This document shows, piece by piece, positions 9,499-19,214 of a stretch of DNA of 64,000 nt (position 1 is the first letter of the stretch; each line of letters starts with the position of its first letter). Origin of the DNA: an uncultured Eubacteriales bacterium (GTDB lineage: Bacteria > Bacillota > Clostridia > Oscillospirales > Oscillospiraceae); the NCBI GenBank assembly GCA_900545925.1, contig URAZ01000001.1, positions 42,614-106,613 on the forward strand, read 5' to 3'. The notes beneath the pieces are model-generated. The model saw only the letters and a program-made list of their open reading frames with translations. It searched no databases and was not told the origin of the DNA. Made by a program: the position numbers and the translations under genes.

Positions 9499-9938
9499 AG
9501 CTGCTGATTTTGAACGGGCCAAATCTTAATCTGCTCGGCCTGCGGGAACCGGATATTTACGGCCGGCAGAATTACGCCGCGCTGGTGCAGTTCTGCGAAT
9601 CAGTCTGCCGTGAAGAAGACATCTCTTGTAAAGTCTTCCAGTCCAACCATGAGGGCACACTGGTGGACGAAATCCAAGCTGCTTACGGCGTGTTTGACGG
9701 TATCGTTATCAATCCGGCAGCCTATACGCACACAAGCGTTGCGATTTTAGACGCATTGAAAGCCGTTGCGCTTCCGGCAGTCGAGGTACACTTGTCCGAT
9801 GTGACGAAACGTGAGGACTTCCGGCAGATCTCCTATGCGCGGCTGGCTTGCGTAAAGACTTATATGGGACTTGGCTTCGAGGGCTACCGGCAGGCAATCC
9901 TGTTTTTGAAGGAATATTTGAATAAAAATACAGTTTAA
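9495..9938 (+). CDS. aroQ: type II 3-dehydroquinate dehydratase
   Basis: MKLLILNGPNLNLLGLREPDIYG and HLSDV motifs of type II DHQase. Confidence 0.9.
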   Translation: MKLLILNGPNLNLLGLREPDIYGRQNYAALVQFCESVCREEDISCKVFQSNHEGTLVDEIQAAYGVFDGIVINPAAYTHTSVAILDALKAVALPAVEVHLSDVTKREDFRQISYARLACVKTYMGLGFEGYRQAILFLKEYLNKNTV

Positions 9939-9956
9939 AGCAATGTCATTCATCTG

Positions 9957-9993
9957 GCGGTCAAAGCTGGCCGCCAGATTTTTTACACCTGTA
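9957..9993 (+). terminator. intrinsic terminator after the aro operon
   Basis: CTGGCGG...CCGCCAG stem followed by ATTTTTT. Confidence 0.5.
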
Positions 9994-10143
9994 TGCAGGA
10001 TTCCTCTTTTATATCCTGCACTATAATGAATCGATTCTTTCTTTTCCGTTCAATTCTTACTGGAATCTAAGTATTTATGAAGGATTTCTGTTGAAATTAC
10101 GAATTTTATAAAAAAAATATTTCTTGAAATGACAAAATACATC

Positions 10144-10172
10144 TTGAAAAATGCAAATTGATGTATTATACT
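10144..10172 (+). promoter_or_regulatory. candidate promoter of the TAXI-TRAP operon (TTGAAA-N17-TATACT) in an AT-rich intergenic region
   Basis: Hexamers read directly from the sequence. A second TTGAAA lies 20 nt upstream. Confidence 0.35.
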
Positions 10173-10206
10173 TTCACACAGCAAATCATTTCAGGAGGGA
10201 ATAGAT

Positions 10207-11250
10207 ATGAAAAAGATTCTTGCATTGCTTCTCGCAGCTGTCCTCGTTCTGGGCATGGCCGCGTGTGCCGCTTCTCCCGCGGCTCCCACGCAGACGACGT
10301 CCGATACGGCTTCTGACGCATCCGATACACCTGCTTCCAACGCTGAAACGCCTGCAGCATCCTCCGGTGCCAAGCTGCGCTTCGTCACCGGCGGCGAATC
10401 CGGTACCTATTATGCCTTTGGCTCTGTCATTGCCCAGCACGCGACAAATAACGCGGGCATTGATGTCGTCGGTTTGGTTGGCAACGGCTCTCAGTCGAAT
10501 ATTTTTGAACTTGAAGACGGCAACGCAGAACTGGCTTTCTGCCAGTCCGACGTCATGGCCTATGCTTACGCCGGCACAAACCTGTTTGCCGATACCGGCG
10601 CTGTCAGCTGCTTCTCCACAGTCGCAGCACTCTACACTGAGCAGGTGCAGATCGTCACGATCGATCCTGAGATCAAGACGGTCGCCGACCTCAAGGGCAA
10701 AAACGTCTCCATCGGCGCGGCCGGTTCCGGCGTGTATTTCAACGCCATGGACGTGCTCGGTGCTTACGGCCTGACGGAGTCTGACATCAACCCGACGTAT
10801 CAGTCCTTCGGCGACAGTGCAGATTCTCTGAAAAACGGCCAGATCGATGCGGCCTTCATCGTTGCAGGCGCTCCGACAACGGCAATCACCGATCTTGCAA
10901 CGACCAAGGATGTCTATCTCGTTTCTCTGGACGACGAGCACGTTGACCAGCTACTTGCCTCTTCCCCGTATTACACTAAGGTCACGATTGGCAAGGATGT
11001 CTACGGTCTTGACACTGACACCATCACCGTCGCCGTCAGCGCAGTCGTTCTCGCCCGCAACGACGTTTCCGAGGATGCAATCTACAAGCTGGTCGCCGAT
11101 ATCTTCGATAACGCCGCCAGCCTCACCGACACCCACGCCAAGTACGCAGAGGTCAGCACCGAATTTGGCGCTTCCGTCACTTCCGTCCCCTATCATCCGG
11201 GCGCTGCCAAGTACTTCGCCGAGAAGGGCTTTGACGTTCCCACCAAGTAA
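10207..11250 (+). CDS. TRAP transporter solute receptor, TAXI family (lipoprotein)
   Basis: Signal peptide plus lipobox (LGMAAC). GGESGTYYAFGSVIA motif typical of TAXI receptors. RBS GGAGGG. Confidence 0.85.
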   Translation: MKKILALLLAAVLVLGMAACAASPAAPTQTTSDTASDASDTPASNAETPAASSGAKLRFVTGGESGTYYAFGSVIAQHATNNAGIDVVGLVGNGSQSNIFELEDGNAELAFCQSDVMAYAYAGTNLFADTGAVSCFSTVAALYTEQVQIVTIDPEIKTVADLKGKNVSIGAAGSGVYFNAMDVLGAYGLTESDINPTYQSFGDSADSLKNGQIDAAFIVAGAPTTAITDLATTKDVYLVSLDDEHVDQLLASSPYYTKVTIGKDVYGLDTDTITVAVSAVVLARNDVSEDAIYKLVADIFDNAASLTDTHAKYAEVSTEFGASVTSVPYHPGAAKYFAEKGFDVPTK

Positions 11251-11324
11251 AGTTTCACGCGTGCTTTACGCATAACCGGCACTACGGCAGGGCTTCCCTG
11301 CCGTAGTTGTCGTACAGAAAAAAG

Positions 11325-13388
11325 ATGAAGGAGAGATGCACCTTGTCCAAAAATCCCGACAAGACAACCCCCGCGACCGCAAACGCCGGTACAGAGCAGA
11401 ATATCGCTGCCGACGTTGACGAGGTCATGCGCAAATACGACCGCGAATCCAACACCCGCATCTGGTCCGGCTGGCGCGCCATTGTCATTAAGGTCTTTAT
11501 GGCGTGCTTCGCCGTGTACTGCATCTGCATGACGCTTTTTTCCACAGCCATGCCGGAGATCCGCCTGCCGCTGTTCATGGGCTTTATCATTCTTGCGGGC
11601 TTTTTGAATTTCCCGGCCAGCAAGCACCATGTAAAGCCCAACTATCTGCCGTGGTATGATATTTTTCTCATGGTGATCGGCGCGGCCTGTTTTTTCTACT
11701 TTGCGCTCAACGCCATGACGATGATTCGGCTTGCAACCCGCATCCAGCCCATTCATGTGGCCATCGGCTGCATTGGTATTCTGATTCTGGTCGAACTCTG
11801 CCGCCGCTGTGTGGGTTTGCCCATTCTTGTGGTCGCAGGTCTTCTGATTGTTTATGCGTTCTATAATCAGCTAAGTTACGGTGCAAGCTTTTATAAGGCG
11901 CTGCAGAATATCATCTACAAGCTGTTTTACACGACCAGCGGCGTGATCGGTACGCCAGTCAGCGTCTGCTATACCTACATCGTTCTGTTTATCATCTTCG
12001 GCGCGTTTTTGGAGCGTACCGGCATTGCGAACTTTTTCATCTCATTCGCAAACCGGCTTGCAGGTTGGTCTTCTGGCGGCCCGGCGAAGGTTGCAGTCAT
12101 TTCTTCCGCGCTGTGCGGCATGGTGTCCGGCTCCTCGGTCGGCAACACGGTCACGACCGGCTCATTTACCATCCCGATGATGAAAAAAACCGGTTATAAG
12201 CCGGAGTTTGCAGGAGCAGTTGAAGCTGCTGCCTCAACCGGCGGCCAGATCATGCCGCCTATCATGGGTGCAGCAGCATTCCTGATGGCAGAGTATATCG
12301 GCATTCCGTATGCGCAGGTCGCGGTCAAAGCGATTCTGCCCGCGATTTTGTATTTCACCGGCATCTTCATCTCTGTGCATCTGGAGGCAAAAAAACTCGG
12401 TCTGAACGGCATCCCGAGAGATCAGCTTCCCAAGTGGCGGCTTCTGGTTCGTGACTGCTATCTGATTTTGCCGCTGATCCTGCTGGTCTGGCTCGTGTCC
12501 TCCGGCGCGAAGACGATGTCGCACTCCGCCGCGTATTCCATCCTCGCGGCCATTGCGGTCGGCCTTGTCAACTTCTTTATGCTCCGCCTGCAGAGCGCGC
12601 AGACGCGCACGTTCCGCACCGTCGGCAAGGCCGCGCTCGGCGCAGCCGGCGATTCCGCGAACTCCGTCTTTGATTCTCTGGAAGCAGGCGCGAAGGGTGC
12701 CATTACCGTCGCGGTCGCCTGTGCGATGGCCGGTATCATCGCAGGCTGCATCACCGTCACCGGTCTTGCCTCCATTCTCATCAACGCCGTTGTGCAGCTG
12801 GCTGGCAATGCAACGTTTATCGGCCTGATTCTGACCATGATCTGCTGCATCATCCTCGGCATGGGTGTTCCCACGACCGCGAACTATTGCATCATGGCCT
12901 CCACGTGCGCGCCGATCCTGATCAAGATGGGCTACCCGCTCGTCGCCGCGCATTTCTTCGTGTTCTACTTCGGCATTGTCGCCGACATCACGCCGCCCGT
13001 CGCGCTGGCCGCCTACGCAGGCTCCGCGATTGCGAAATCGAACCCCATGAAGACTGGCATCAATGCAACCAAACTCGCCATCGCAGCCTTCATCGTCCCG
13101 TTCATCTTCGCGTATAACCCGCAGATGCTGTTTGAGAATGTCACGAGCGTGTTCCAAATCATTCAGATCGTCATTACAGCGCTTCTCGGCATTTTTGCAG
13201 TTGCTGCCGGTCTGGAGGGCTATATCCTCCGGCCCATGCACTGGCCGCTGCGCGTGCTCGCGGTGATCGGCGGACTGACGCTGCTGATCCCGGGCACTGT
13301 TTCGGATTTAATCGGTCTTGTGATCGTTGCCGGGATCATTGCGCTCCAGGTCATGCAGAACAAAAAGGTCGCACGCGAAGCCGTATAA
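11325..13388 (+). CDS. TRAP transporter fused 4TM/12TM permease (TAXI-associated)
   Basis: Long, highly hydrophobic protein immediately downstream of the TAXI receptor. Start uncertain: TTG 11307, ATG 11325, or TTG 11343 (the last has the best-placed GGAGAG). Confidence 0.8.
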   Translation: MKERCTLSKNPDKTTPATANAGTEQNIAADVDEVMRKYDRESNTRIWSGWRAIVIKVFMACFAVYCICMTLFSTAMPEIRLPLFMGFIILAGFLNFPASKHHVKPNYLPWYDIFLMVIGAACFFYFALNAMTMIRLATRIQPIHVAIGCIGILILVELCRRCVGLPILVVAGLLIVYAFYNQLSYGASFYKALQNIIYKLFYTTSGVIGTPVSVCYTYIVLFIIFGAFLERTGIANFFISFANRLAGWSSGGPAKVAVISSALCGMVSGSSVGNTVTTGSFTIPMMKKTGYKPEFAGAVEAAASTGGQIMPPIMGAAAFLMAEYIGIPYAQVAVKAILPAILYFTGIFISVHLEAKKLGLNGIPRDQLPKWRLLVRDCYLILPLILLVWLVSSGAKTMSHSAAYSILAAIAVGLVNFFMLRLQSAQTRTFRTVGKAALGAAGDSANSVFDSLEAGAKGAITVAVACAMAGIIAGCITVTGLASILINAVVQLAGNATFIGLILTMICCIILGMGVPTTANYCIMASTCAPILIKMGYPLVAAHFFVFYFGIVADITPPVALAAYAGSAIAKSNPMKTGINATKLAIAAFIVPFIFAYNPQMLFENVTSVFQIIQIVITALLGIFAVAAGLEGYILRPMHWPLRVLAVIGGLTLLIPGTVSDLIGLVIVAGIIALQVMQNKKVAREAV

Positions 13389-13478
13389 GTTTTGGGCAAA
13401 TCATACCGACTGTCCCCTTGCAAAAAGCGAAGCCGTATAAGTTTTGGGCAAATCATACCGACTGTCCCCTTGCAAAAA
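13375..13478 (+). repeat. perfect tandem duplication, 2 x 52 bp
   Basis: GCGAAGCCGTATAAGTTTTGGGCAAATCATACCGACTGTCCCCTTGCAAAAA occurs at 13375-13426 and again at 13427-13478, 100% identical. Copy 1 contains the last 4 codons and the stop of the TRAP permease gene. Confidence 0.9.
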
Positions 13479-13542
13479 TCCTTGGAATTGGCTATAATAC
13501 AGGCAAAGACATGGATGATTTTTGCAAACAGGAGGTCAGAAT

Positions 13543-13923
13543 ATGAACTGCAAGGTCAAACAGTGCTGCGCAGCGCTGGCAGCGCGGAAGCTTGCCGAGC
13601 GCGATCCTGCCATCGTGGAGATCACACGCGGCGGAAAGAACAAATCGCATCATGTGCTTCGGAAGTCGGACATGAAAAAGGTCGGTCTGATCGCGGGCGG
13701 CGCGTTTATCGCGCTCACGGCACTGAATGCGTACAGCCACTACAAGCTCCATCAGGCCATTGCAGACCGTAAGGTTAAGAAGCAGCTCGAACCCATGCGT
13801 GCTGAGCTTGAAGAGCTGCGTACGCAGAACGAAGCGCTCCGTCAGGCGCTGGCAGAGATCAAGCCCCGCCAGCAGGAGCCCGCGCCGGAAACAAAGACGG
13901 CTGCGGAAAAAACAGCGGAATAA
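13543..13923 (+). CDS. hypothetical small membrane protein (basic N-terminus, one TM helix, coiled-coil C-terminus)
   Basis: RBS CAGGAGGT 6 nt before ATG 13543. Putative promoter TTGCAA-N17-TATAAT (13471-13499) whose -35 lies inside repeat copy 2. Confidence 0.55.
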   Translation: MNCKVKQCCAALAARKLAERDPAIVEITRGGKNKSHHVLRKSDMKKVGLIAGGAFIALTALNAYSHYKLHQAIADRKVKKQLEPMRAELEELRTQNEALRQALAEIKPRQQEPAPETKTAAEKTAE

Positions 13924-13929
13924 CATCGA

Positions 13930-13962
13930 AGCGGCCCCTGTGAAATGCAGGGGCCGCTTTTG
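13930..13962 (+). terminator. intrinsic terminator
   Basis: GCGGCCCCTG tgaaatg CAGGGGCCGC followed by TTTTGTT. Confidence 0.6.
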
Positions 13963-13982
13963 TTCTATGCGAAAAAGCAGTT

Positions 13983-14014
13983 TGCAGGGGCCGATGCCCA
14001 CATCGGCCCCTGCA
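13983..14014. repeat. REP-like palindromic element, copy 1
   Basis: TGCAGGGGCCGATG-CCCA-CATCGGCCCCTGCA: 14-bp perfect stem, 4-nt loop, between convergent genes. Confidence 0.8.
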
Positions 14015-14037
14015 ACTTGTAACCGGGTTCAGGTATA

Positions 14038-14607
14038 TTATTTCTTCAATCTAAAACTCAGGCCATCATATTGTTGCCCGTCGACCTCTCGTGTGCCTAC
14101 GTTGCGATTGCATTCAACAAAGCCGAGCTTTTCAGCACAACGAATCATACGAACATTGCCTGACCAGGTCTGCGTGTAAATTTCGTCCGCGCCGATTTTT
14201 AACTGATAATTTATAAAGGCACACAGAGCGTTTGTGCCGATCCCATTGCCCCACAAATTGGGTTCGTAAAGACAAATTCCGACAGCCAGATGGACCGTCT
14301 GTCCACTCTCGGCTGCTCCGATCCATTCGTAGTTTTCGTCAATGTGATAGGCGTTTACCGAGCCGATATGCCTGCCGTTCCATTCGATCTCAAGCCTGTA
14401 ACGACGGACATCATCCGGACGATCTTTTCTGGATTCGTAGGACTCTGTCCATCTTCTGCGTTCGCTATCTTCGTCAGTATCTTCCTTTTCCCAAGGAGCA
14501 TCCCAGTTTTCCCATTCGCGCTCCACGGTGAACCAGCGTACATAGTCTTCAATGTCGGACTCTATCATATCCCGAAGGATAATGTTTTCAAATTCGATCC
14601 TCATCAT
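14038..14607 (-). CDS. GNAT family N-acetyltransferase
   Basis: RimL-like acetyltransferase fold residues (VHLAVGICLYEPNLWGNGIGTNAL...KLGF). RBS AAAGGAG before the ATG at 14607. Confidence 0.8.
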   Translation of the reverse strand: MMRIEFENIILRDMIESDIEDYVRWFTVEREWENWDAPWEKEDTDEDSERRRWTESYESRKDRPDDVRRYRLEIEWNGRHIGSVNAYHIDENYEWIGAAESGQTVHLAVGICLYEPNLWGNGIGTNALCAFINYQLKIGADEIYTQTWSGNVRMIRCAEKLGFVECNRNVGTREVDGQQYDGLSFRLKK

Positions 14608-14691
14608 GAACTCCTTTGCGTTTAATCCAGAGGCTTGTATACAGTAACTGCTTTGAGATACGCCTTGGCGCACGCGCCGGGCGCGTCTGTT

Positions 14692-14958
14692 TTATATGTG
14701 TGCTGAAATCCAGTCGTACATTTCGTGGTAGGCCGCTTCGTTCAGGGGGAAGGTTTTTTCATCCTCCATCTGGCTTTTTTCGTAGCAGTATTCGCCGTGC
14801 CAGCATTCGCATTTCATGCTGCTCTCGTCGAAGTTGACCTCCTTCTGCGTCAGCATGACGATGTTCGGCGTGACGCGGAAGCGGAGTTTGCCATAGCTTC
14901 CGGTAAAGATGTTGTTGTTTTCAAAGCTGTGCAGCACCGGCAGAAATAACGGTTCCAT
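14692..14958 (-). CDS. hypothetical Cys-rich small protein (88 aa)
   Basis: RBS GAGGAGGG 9 nt before the ATG. Upstream consensus-like promoter TTGCCG-N17-TATGAT on the minus strand. Same orientation as the downstream GNAT gene, likely an operon. Confidence 0.6.
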   Translation of the reverse strand: MEPLFLPVLHSFENNNIFTGSYGKLRFRVTPNIVMLTQKEVNFDESSMKCECWHGEYCYEKSQMEDEKTFPLNEAAYHEMYDWISAHI

Positions 14959-15085
14959 ATGCGTCTGCCCTCCTCTTTTTGTGTATCATACCACAATTTC
15001 CGCCGCACGGCAAGATTGTTTGACTTTGCCCGCGCGGTATGCTATGATTGCTTGGATTCTTTTTTACGATAAAGGGGCAAAGGCA

Positions 15086-15982
15086 ATGCAAAAGCAGACA
15101 AAAGGCAGTATTCTGCTTCTCCTGTGCGCCATGATCTGGGGCGCGGCGTTCGTCGCTCAGAGCGAGGGCATGCAGTATGTTGGACCATTTACGATGGGCG
15201 CGACGCGTTTTTTTCTGGCGGGGCTTGTGCTTCTGCCGGTCATTGCTGTGCTCGACCGCAAGGGTTGGTCGCAGAACCGCGCGGTCACGCAATCGGATAA
15301 GAAAAAGCAGCTGCTGGCCGGCGTGATCTGCGGCGTGCTGCTGTTCGCGGCGACGACGCTCCAGCAGTTCGGCCTTCTTGATACAACGGTCGGAAAATCC
15401 GGATTTGTAACGGCACTTTATATCGTGTTCGTCCCCATTCTGGGTGCGGTCATAGGCAAGCGTGCCGGACTGCGGGTCTGGCTCTGCGCACTGGCTGCTG
15501 TGTGCGGAATGTATCTGCTGTGTGTCGGCTCCGGCTTTTCGGTTTCAGGCGGCGATCTGCTGACGCTTGGGTGCGCGGTACTGTTCGCAATTCATATCTG
15601 CTATGTCGGCGCGGTCGTGCCGCATATGGACGGTGTGCGGCTAAGCTGCGTGCAGTTCCTGGTCTGCTCCGCGCTGTCGGCGGTCGGTATGCTCCTGTTT
15701 GAAGCGCCAGACTGGGGTTCCATTTTACAGTGCTGGTGGCCCATTGTCTATGCGGGTGTTTTCTCCGGCGGCGTGGCATATACGTTTCAGATCATCGGCG
15801 AACGTGACGTGCAGCCAACGTTGGCGTCTCTGCTTATGAGCCTGGAATCCGTCTTTGCCGCCCTGTTCGGCTGGCTGCTGCTCAACCAAACGCTCTCCGC
15901 ACGGGAACTGTTCGGCTGCGCGGTCATGTTCGCGGCGATTATTCTGTCGCAGCTGCCGGAGAGGCGGAAGGGCGCTGTGTAA
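15086..15982 (+). CDS. EamA/DMT family transporter
   Basis: Ten predicted TM segments. Two EamA-like repeats. Promoter TTGACT-N17-TATGAT at 15023-15052. Confidence 0.8.
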   Translation: MQKQTKGSILLLLCAMIWGAAFVAQSEGMQYVGPFTMGATRFFLAGLVLLPVIAVLDRKGWSQNRAVTQSDKKKQLLAGVICGVLLFAATTLQQFGLLDTTVGKSGFVTALYIVFVPILGAVIGKRAGLRVWLCALAAVCGMYLLCVGSGFSVSGGDLLTLGCAVLFAIHICYVGAVVPHMDGVRLSCVQFLVCSALSAVGMLLFEAPDWGSILQCWWPIVYAGVFSGGVAYTFQIIGERDVQPTLASLLMSLESVFAALFGWLLLNQTLSARELFGCAVMFAAIILSQLPERRKGAV

Positions 15983-16083
15983 AGCGACCCGGTACGGTGC
16001 TTCCGTACCGGGTCTTGTTTATTGGAGCAGTTGGCAGGGGCGGGGCTCCGCCTGATGGGCAGTTGAAAATATGCACAGCATTC

Positions 16084-16115
16084 TGTAGGGGCCGATGCCT
16101 ACATCGGCCCCTACA
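16084..16115. repeat. REP-like palindromic element, copy 2
   Basis: TGTAGGGGCCGATG-CCTA-CATCGGCCCCTACA between convergent EamA and ispF. Confidence 0.8.
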
Positions 16116-16159
16116 AACAGATATGTAGGTGCTTACGGATTCGCTGTAAATTTTTTTGC

Positions 16160-16627
16160 TTATTCAATCAGGCAGACAGTGTGGGCGGCGATGCCTTCGC
16201 CGGAGCCGGTAAAGCCGAGGCGTTCTTCGGTCGTCGCCTTGACGCTGATGTTTCCGATATCGGTGCGCAGCGCATCGGCAATATTCCGGCGCATCTGCGC
16301 GATATACGGCGCAAGCTTTGGCCGCTGGGCGATGATGGTCGCGTCGAGATTGCCGAGGCGGTATCCGGCCTCTGCCAGTCTCCGGCTGACCTCGCGCAGC
16401 AGCTCCATGCTGTCCGCGCCGAGATAGCGGTCGTCGTTATCCGGGAAAAGCTTGCCGATGTCGCCCATGGCCGCCGCGCCGAGCAGCGCGTCCATGACGG
16501 CATGGACAAGCACATCCGCGTCGGAATGACCGTCCAGTCCCTTTTCATACGGGATCGTCACGCCGCCGAGAATCAGCACCCGGCCGGATACGAGCCGGTG
16601 AACGTCATAGCCATGGCCGATTCTCAT
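16160..16627 (-). CDS. ispF: 2-C-methyl-D-erythritol 2,4-cyclodiphosphate synthase
   Basis: [12 protein letters not shown]...[11 protein letters not shown]: canonical IspF metal-binding motifs. Confidence 0.95.
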   Translation of the reverse strand: MRIGHGYDVHRLVSGRVLILGGVTIPYEKGLDGHSDADVLVHAVMDALLGAAAMGDIGKLFPDNDDRYLGADSMELLREVSRRLAEAGYRLGNLDATIIAQRPKLAPYIAQMRRNIADALRTDIGNISVKATTEERLGFTGSGEGIAAHTVCLIE

Positions 16628-17361
16628 ACGCCCGCCCTCCTGCGCAGGATCAGCGCAGCCAGTTCCAGATCGAGCGGCGTTGTAATCTTCAGATTTTCTT
16701 CATCGCCGTCGGTCAGCTGCACGGGCATGCCGAGCGCTTCGACAGCGCTGCAATCATCCGTGATTGCAATTTCCTGTTCTTTCGCATTCTGAAGCGCTGC
16801 GGCAAGCAGATCACGGTCGAAAACCTGCGGGGTTTGGACGGCGTAGAGTTTGCTGCGGTCGGGCGTTTCCTCAACTGCGCCATCTGTCGAGACTTTGATG
16901 GTGTCCTTGACGCGCACAGCGGGCGCTGCTGCACCGAACTTTTTTGCCTTGGAAACAGCGCGGCAGATGACTGCGTCGGTCACGAGCGGCCGTGCGCCGT
17001 CGTGGACGGCAACAAGCTGCGTGCGGTCAGAAACAGCTGCAAGTCCCGCCATGACGGAATCTGTCCGCGTCTCGCCGCCCGCGACGACCATGCGCATTTT
17101 GTCATACGCTTTGAGATACCGGCTGACCTTTTCCAGCAGTTCCTGCTGCGTGACAACGATAATCTCATCGATCATGGCGCACTTATCAAACACGTCAACC
17201 GTCCGGCAGATGACCGGCAGGTTTTCCAGCACCGTCAGAATCTTATTCGTACCGCCCATGCGCGAGGATGTGCCTGCGGCGACGATCACGGCAGCACAGT
17301 AGGACCGCCCAATCTTCTCCTTGATTGCAAGCCCCTTGCGGAGCCTTTCGCTGAGTTTCAT
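16624..17361 (-). CDS. ispD: 2-C-methyl-D-erythritol 4-phosphate cytidylyltransferase
   Basis: [15 protein letters not shown] nucleotidyltransferase motif. ATG at 17361 after CAGGAGAAAACAGGT. Overlaps the ispF start by 4 nt. Confidence 0.9.
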   Translation of the reverse strand: MKLSERLRKGLAIKEKIGRSYCAAVIVAAGTSSRMGGTNKILTVLENLPVICRTVDVFDKCAMIDEIIVVTQQELLEKVSRYLKAYDKMRMVVAGGETRTDSVMAGLAAVSDRTQLVAVHDGARPLVTDAVICRAVSKAKKFGAAAPAVRVKDTIKVSTDGAVEETPDRSKLYAVQTPQVFDRDLLAAALQNAKEQEIAITDDCSAVEALGMPVQLTDGDEENLKITTPLDLELAALILRRRAGV

Positions 17362-17377
17362 ACCTGTTTTCTCCTGT

Positions 17378-18751
17378 TCACAGCCCTTGCACGAGCGTTT
17401 TATAGGTTTCCCCGCGCACCATAAAATTCTTGAACTGGTCAAATGCGGCGCAAGCTGGGGAAAGTGTCACGATATCCCCGGGGACAGTATACTGCTTTGC
17501 CAACCGTACCGCTTCTTCGAGCGTCTGCGCATGCAGAATTTCGGGCTGCCCATTCAAATAGTTCGGCGCAGACTTGACCGCTGCTTCGATCTTCTCCGCC
17601 GTCGCGCCGCAGAGAATCAAAAGGCGCACATGCGCACAGATCTCCGGCCCCAGCACATCAAACGGTATTTTTTTATCATATCCGCCTGCGATCAAAACCA
17701 GCTTCTGATGGAATGAATGCAGGCCCGCGATCGTGCGCGATGGGCTGGAGGCGATGGAATCGTTATAATATTTCACACCGTCCAGTTCCCGGACAAACTC
17801 AATCCGGTGCTCCACTCCCGCGAATGTGCGCGCAATCTCGTCGATATCTTCTTCTGTCGCAAGCCCCTCAACAGCGCAGGCGGCGGCCATATAGTTTTCG
17901 ATATTGTGGACACCCGGGATGCGGATATCCGCAGCGGCCATGATCCGCTTCCCATTTCTGTAGATCACGCCGTCTTCCAGATATACGCCGTTTTCCGGCT
18001 TTGTCTGCCGGGAGAAGTACTCCACTGTTCCGTTTGCATCAGCTGCAAAACCGCGCGTAATAGCATTGTCGTAATTCAGAATAACCTTTCCGGCTTCACT
18101 CTGATGCGCAAAGACGTTTTTCTTGGCCTGCACATACTCTGCCATGTCCTTATGCACATCCAGATGGTTCGGAGCCACGTTCGTCACAACGGCAATATCG
18201 GCTGAGCGCTCCATCGTCATAAGCTGGAAGGAACTGAGTTCGACAACAGCAATGTCTGTCGGCGTCATGTCCGCTGCCTGCGGCAGAAGCGGCGCGCCAA
18301 TATTGCCGCCGAGCCAGACGCGATGCCCCGCATGCTCAAGAATTTTCGCAATCAACGTCGTGGTGGTCGTTTTGCCGTCGGATCCGGTCACGGCGATGAT
18401 ATGGCAGGGGCAGACCTCGAAAAATACCTCCATCTCGCTGGTAATCTCCGCACCGCTTTCACGCAGCTGGCGCAGCGCCGGGATATCTGGGTGCATGCCG
18501 GGGGTGCGGAAGACAATATCGGCCTGCACATCGTCAAGATAATGTTCCCCAACGTGAAGCACAGCACCTGCCTGCTCCAGTTCCAGAACCTCCGCGTCAA
18601 GTTTTTCGCGCGGCGTTTTATCACAGGCCAGAACACAGATGCCGCGCGCAAGGAGCATGCGAATAAGCGGCCGGTTGCTCACGCCAATGCCGAGCACAGC
18701 GACTCTTTTATCGGTAAGGGAATCAAAATACTGATCAACAAGATGATTCAT
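17378..18751 (-). CDS. murD: UDP-N-acetylmuramoyl-L-alanine--D-glutamate ligase
   Basis: VAVLGIGVSNRPLIRMLLARG N-terminal Rossmann domain and GSDGKTTT Mur ligase motif. ATG at 18751 after AAGAGG. Confidence 0.9.
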   Translation of the reverse strand: MNHLVDQYFDSLTDKRVAVLGIGVSNRPLIRMLLARGICVLACDKTPREKLDAEVLELEQAGAVLHVGEHYLDDVQADIVFRTPGMHPDIPALRQLRESGAEITSEMEVFFEVCPCHIIAVTGSDGKTTTTTLIAKILEHAGHRVWLGGNIGAPLLPQAADMTPTDIAVVELSSFQLMTMERSADIAVVTNVAPNHLDVHKDMAEYVQAKKNVFAHQSEAGKVILNYDNAITRGFAADANGTVEYFSRQTKPENGVYLEDGVIYRNGKRIMAAADIRIPGVHNIENYMAAACAVEGLATEEDIDEIARTFAGVEHRIEFVRELDGVKYYNDSIASSPSRTIAGLHSFHQKLVLIAGGYDKKIPFDVLGPEICAHVRLLILCGATAEKIEAAVKSAPNYLNGQPEILHAQTLEEAVRLAKQYTVPGDIVTLSPACAAFDQFKNFMVRGETYKTLVQGL

Positions 18752-18818
18752 ATCCAAAAGCCTCTTTTATCATTTCCTGTCTGTATTATATCCGCGCGGG
18801 AAAGAAATTGCAATCCAT

Positions 18819-18847
18819 TTGACTTTTTCCTGCAAATAAAGTACAAT
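18819..18847 (+). promoter_or_regulatory. promoter of rnpB (TTGACT-N17-TACAAT)
   Basis: Hexamers read directly from the sequence. Predicted TSS about 18854. Confidence 0.5.
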
Positions 18848-18851
18848 ACTT

Positions 18852-19214
18852 CCGCGACCGGGTCGGACAGTCGCGGGCGCAGCGCCGAAAGGCCGCGCAT
18901 GAGGAAAGTCCGGGCTCCGCAGGGCAAGGATAACGGGTAACGCCCGCCCAGAGCGATCTGAGGAAAAGTGCAACAGAAATAAACCGCCGGAGGCAGTGTA
19001 AGCTGTCTCCAGCAAGGGTGGAAAGGTGCGGTAAGAGCGCACCCAATGGCGTGCGAAAGCGTCCATTGCTGTAAACTCTATCCGGAGCAACACCGCAGAG
19101 GAAGCAAGGCTTGCCCGGCTGCTTCCGAGAAGGTGGCTGGAGCGCACCGGCAACGGTGCGCCTAGATAGATGACTGTCGATGACAGAACCCGGCTTATAG
19201 ACCCGATCGTAAAA
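18852..19214 (+). ncRNA. rnpB: RNase P RNA (bacterial)
   Basis: Universally conserved GAGGAAAGUCCGGGCUCC (P4 5' strand) at 18909-18926 and ACAGAACCCGGCUUA (P4 3' strand) near 19182-19196. Terminal helix pairs CGACCGGGUCGG with AGACCCGAUCG. Confidence 0.85.
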
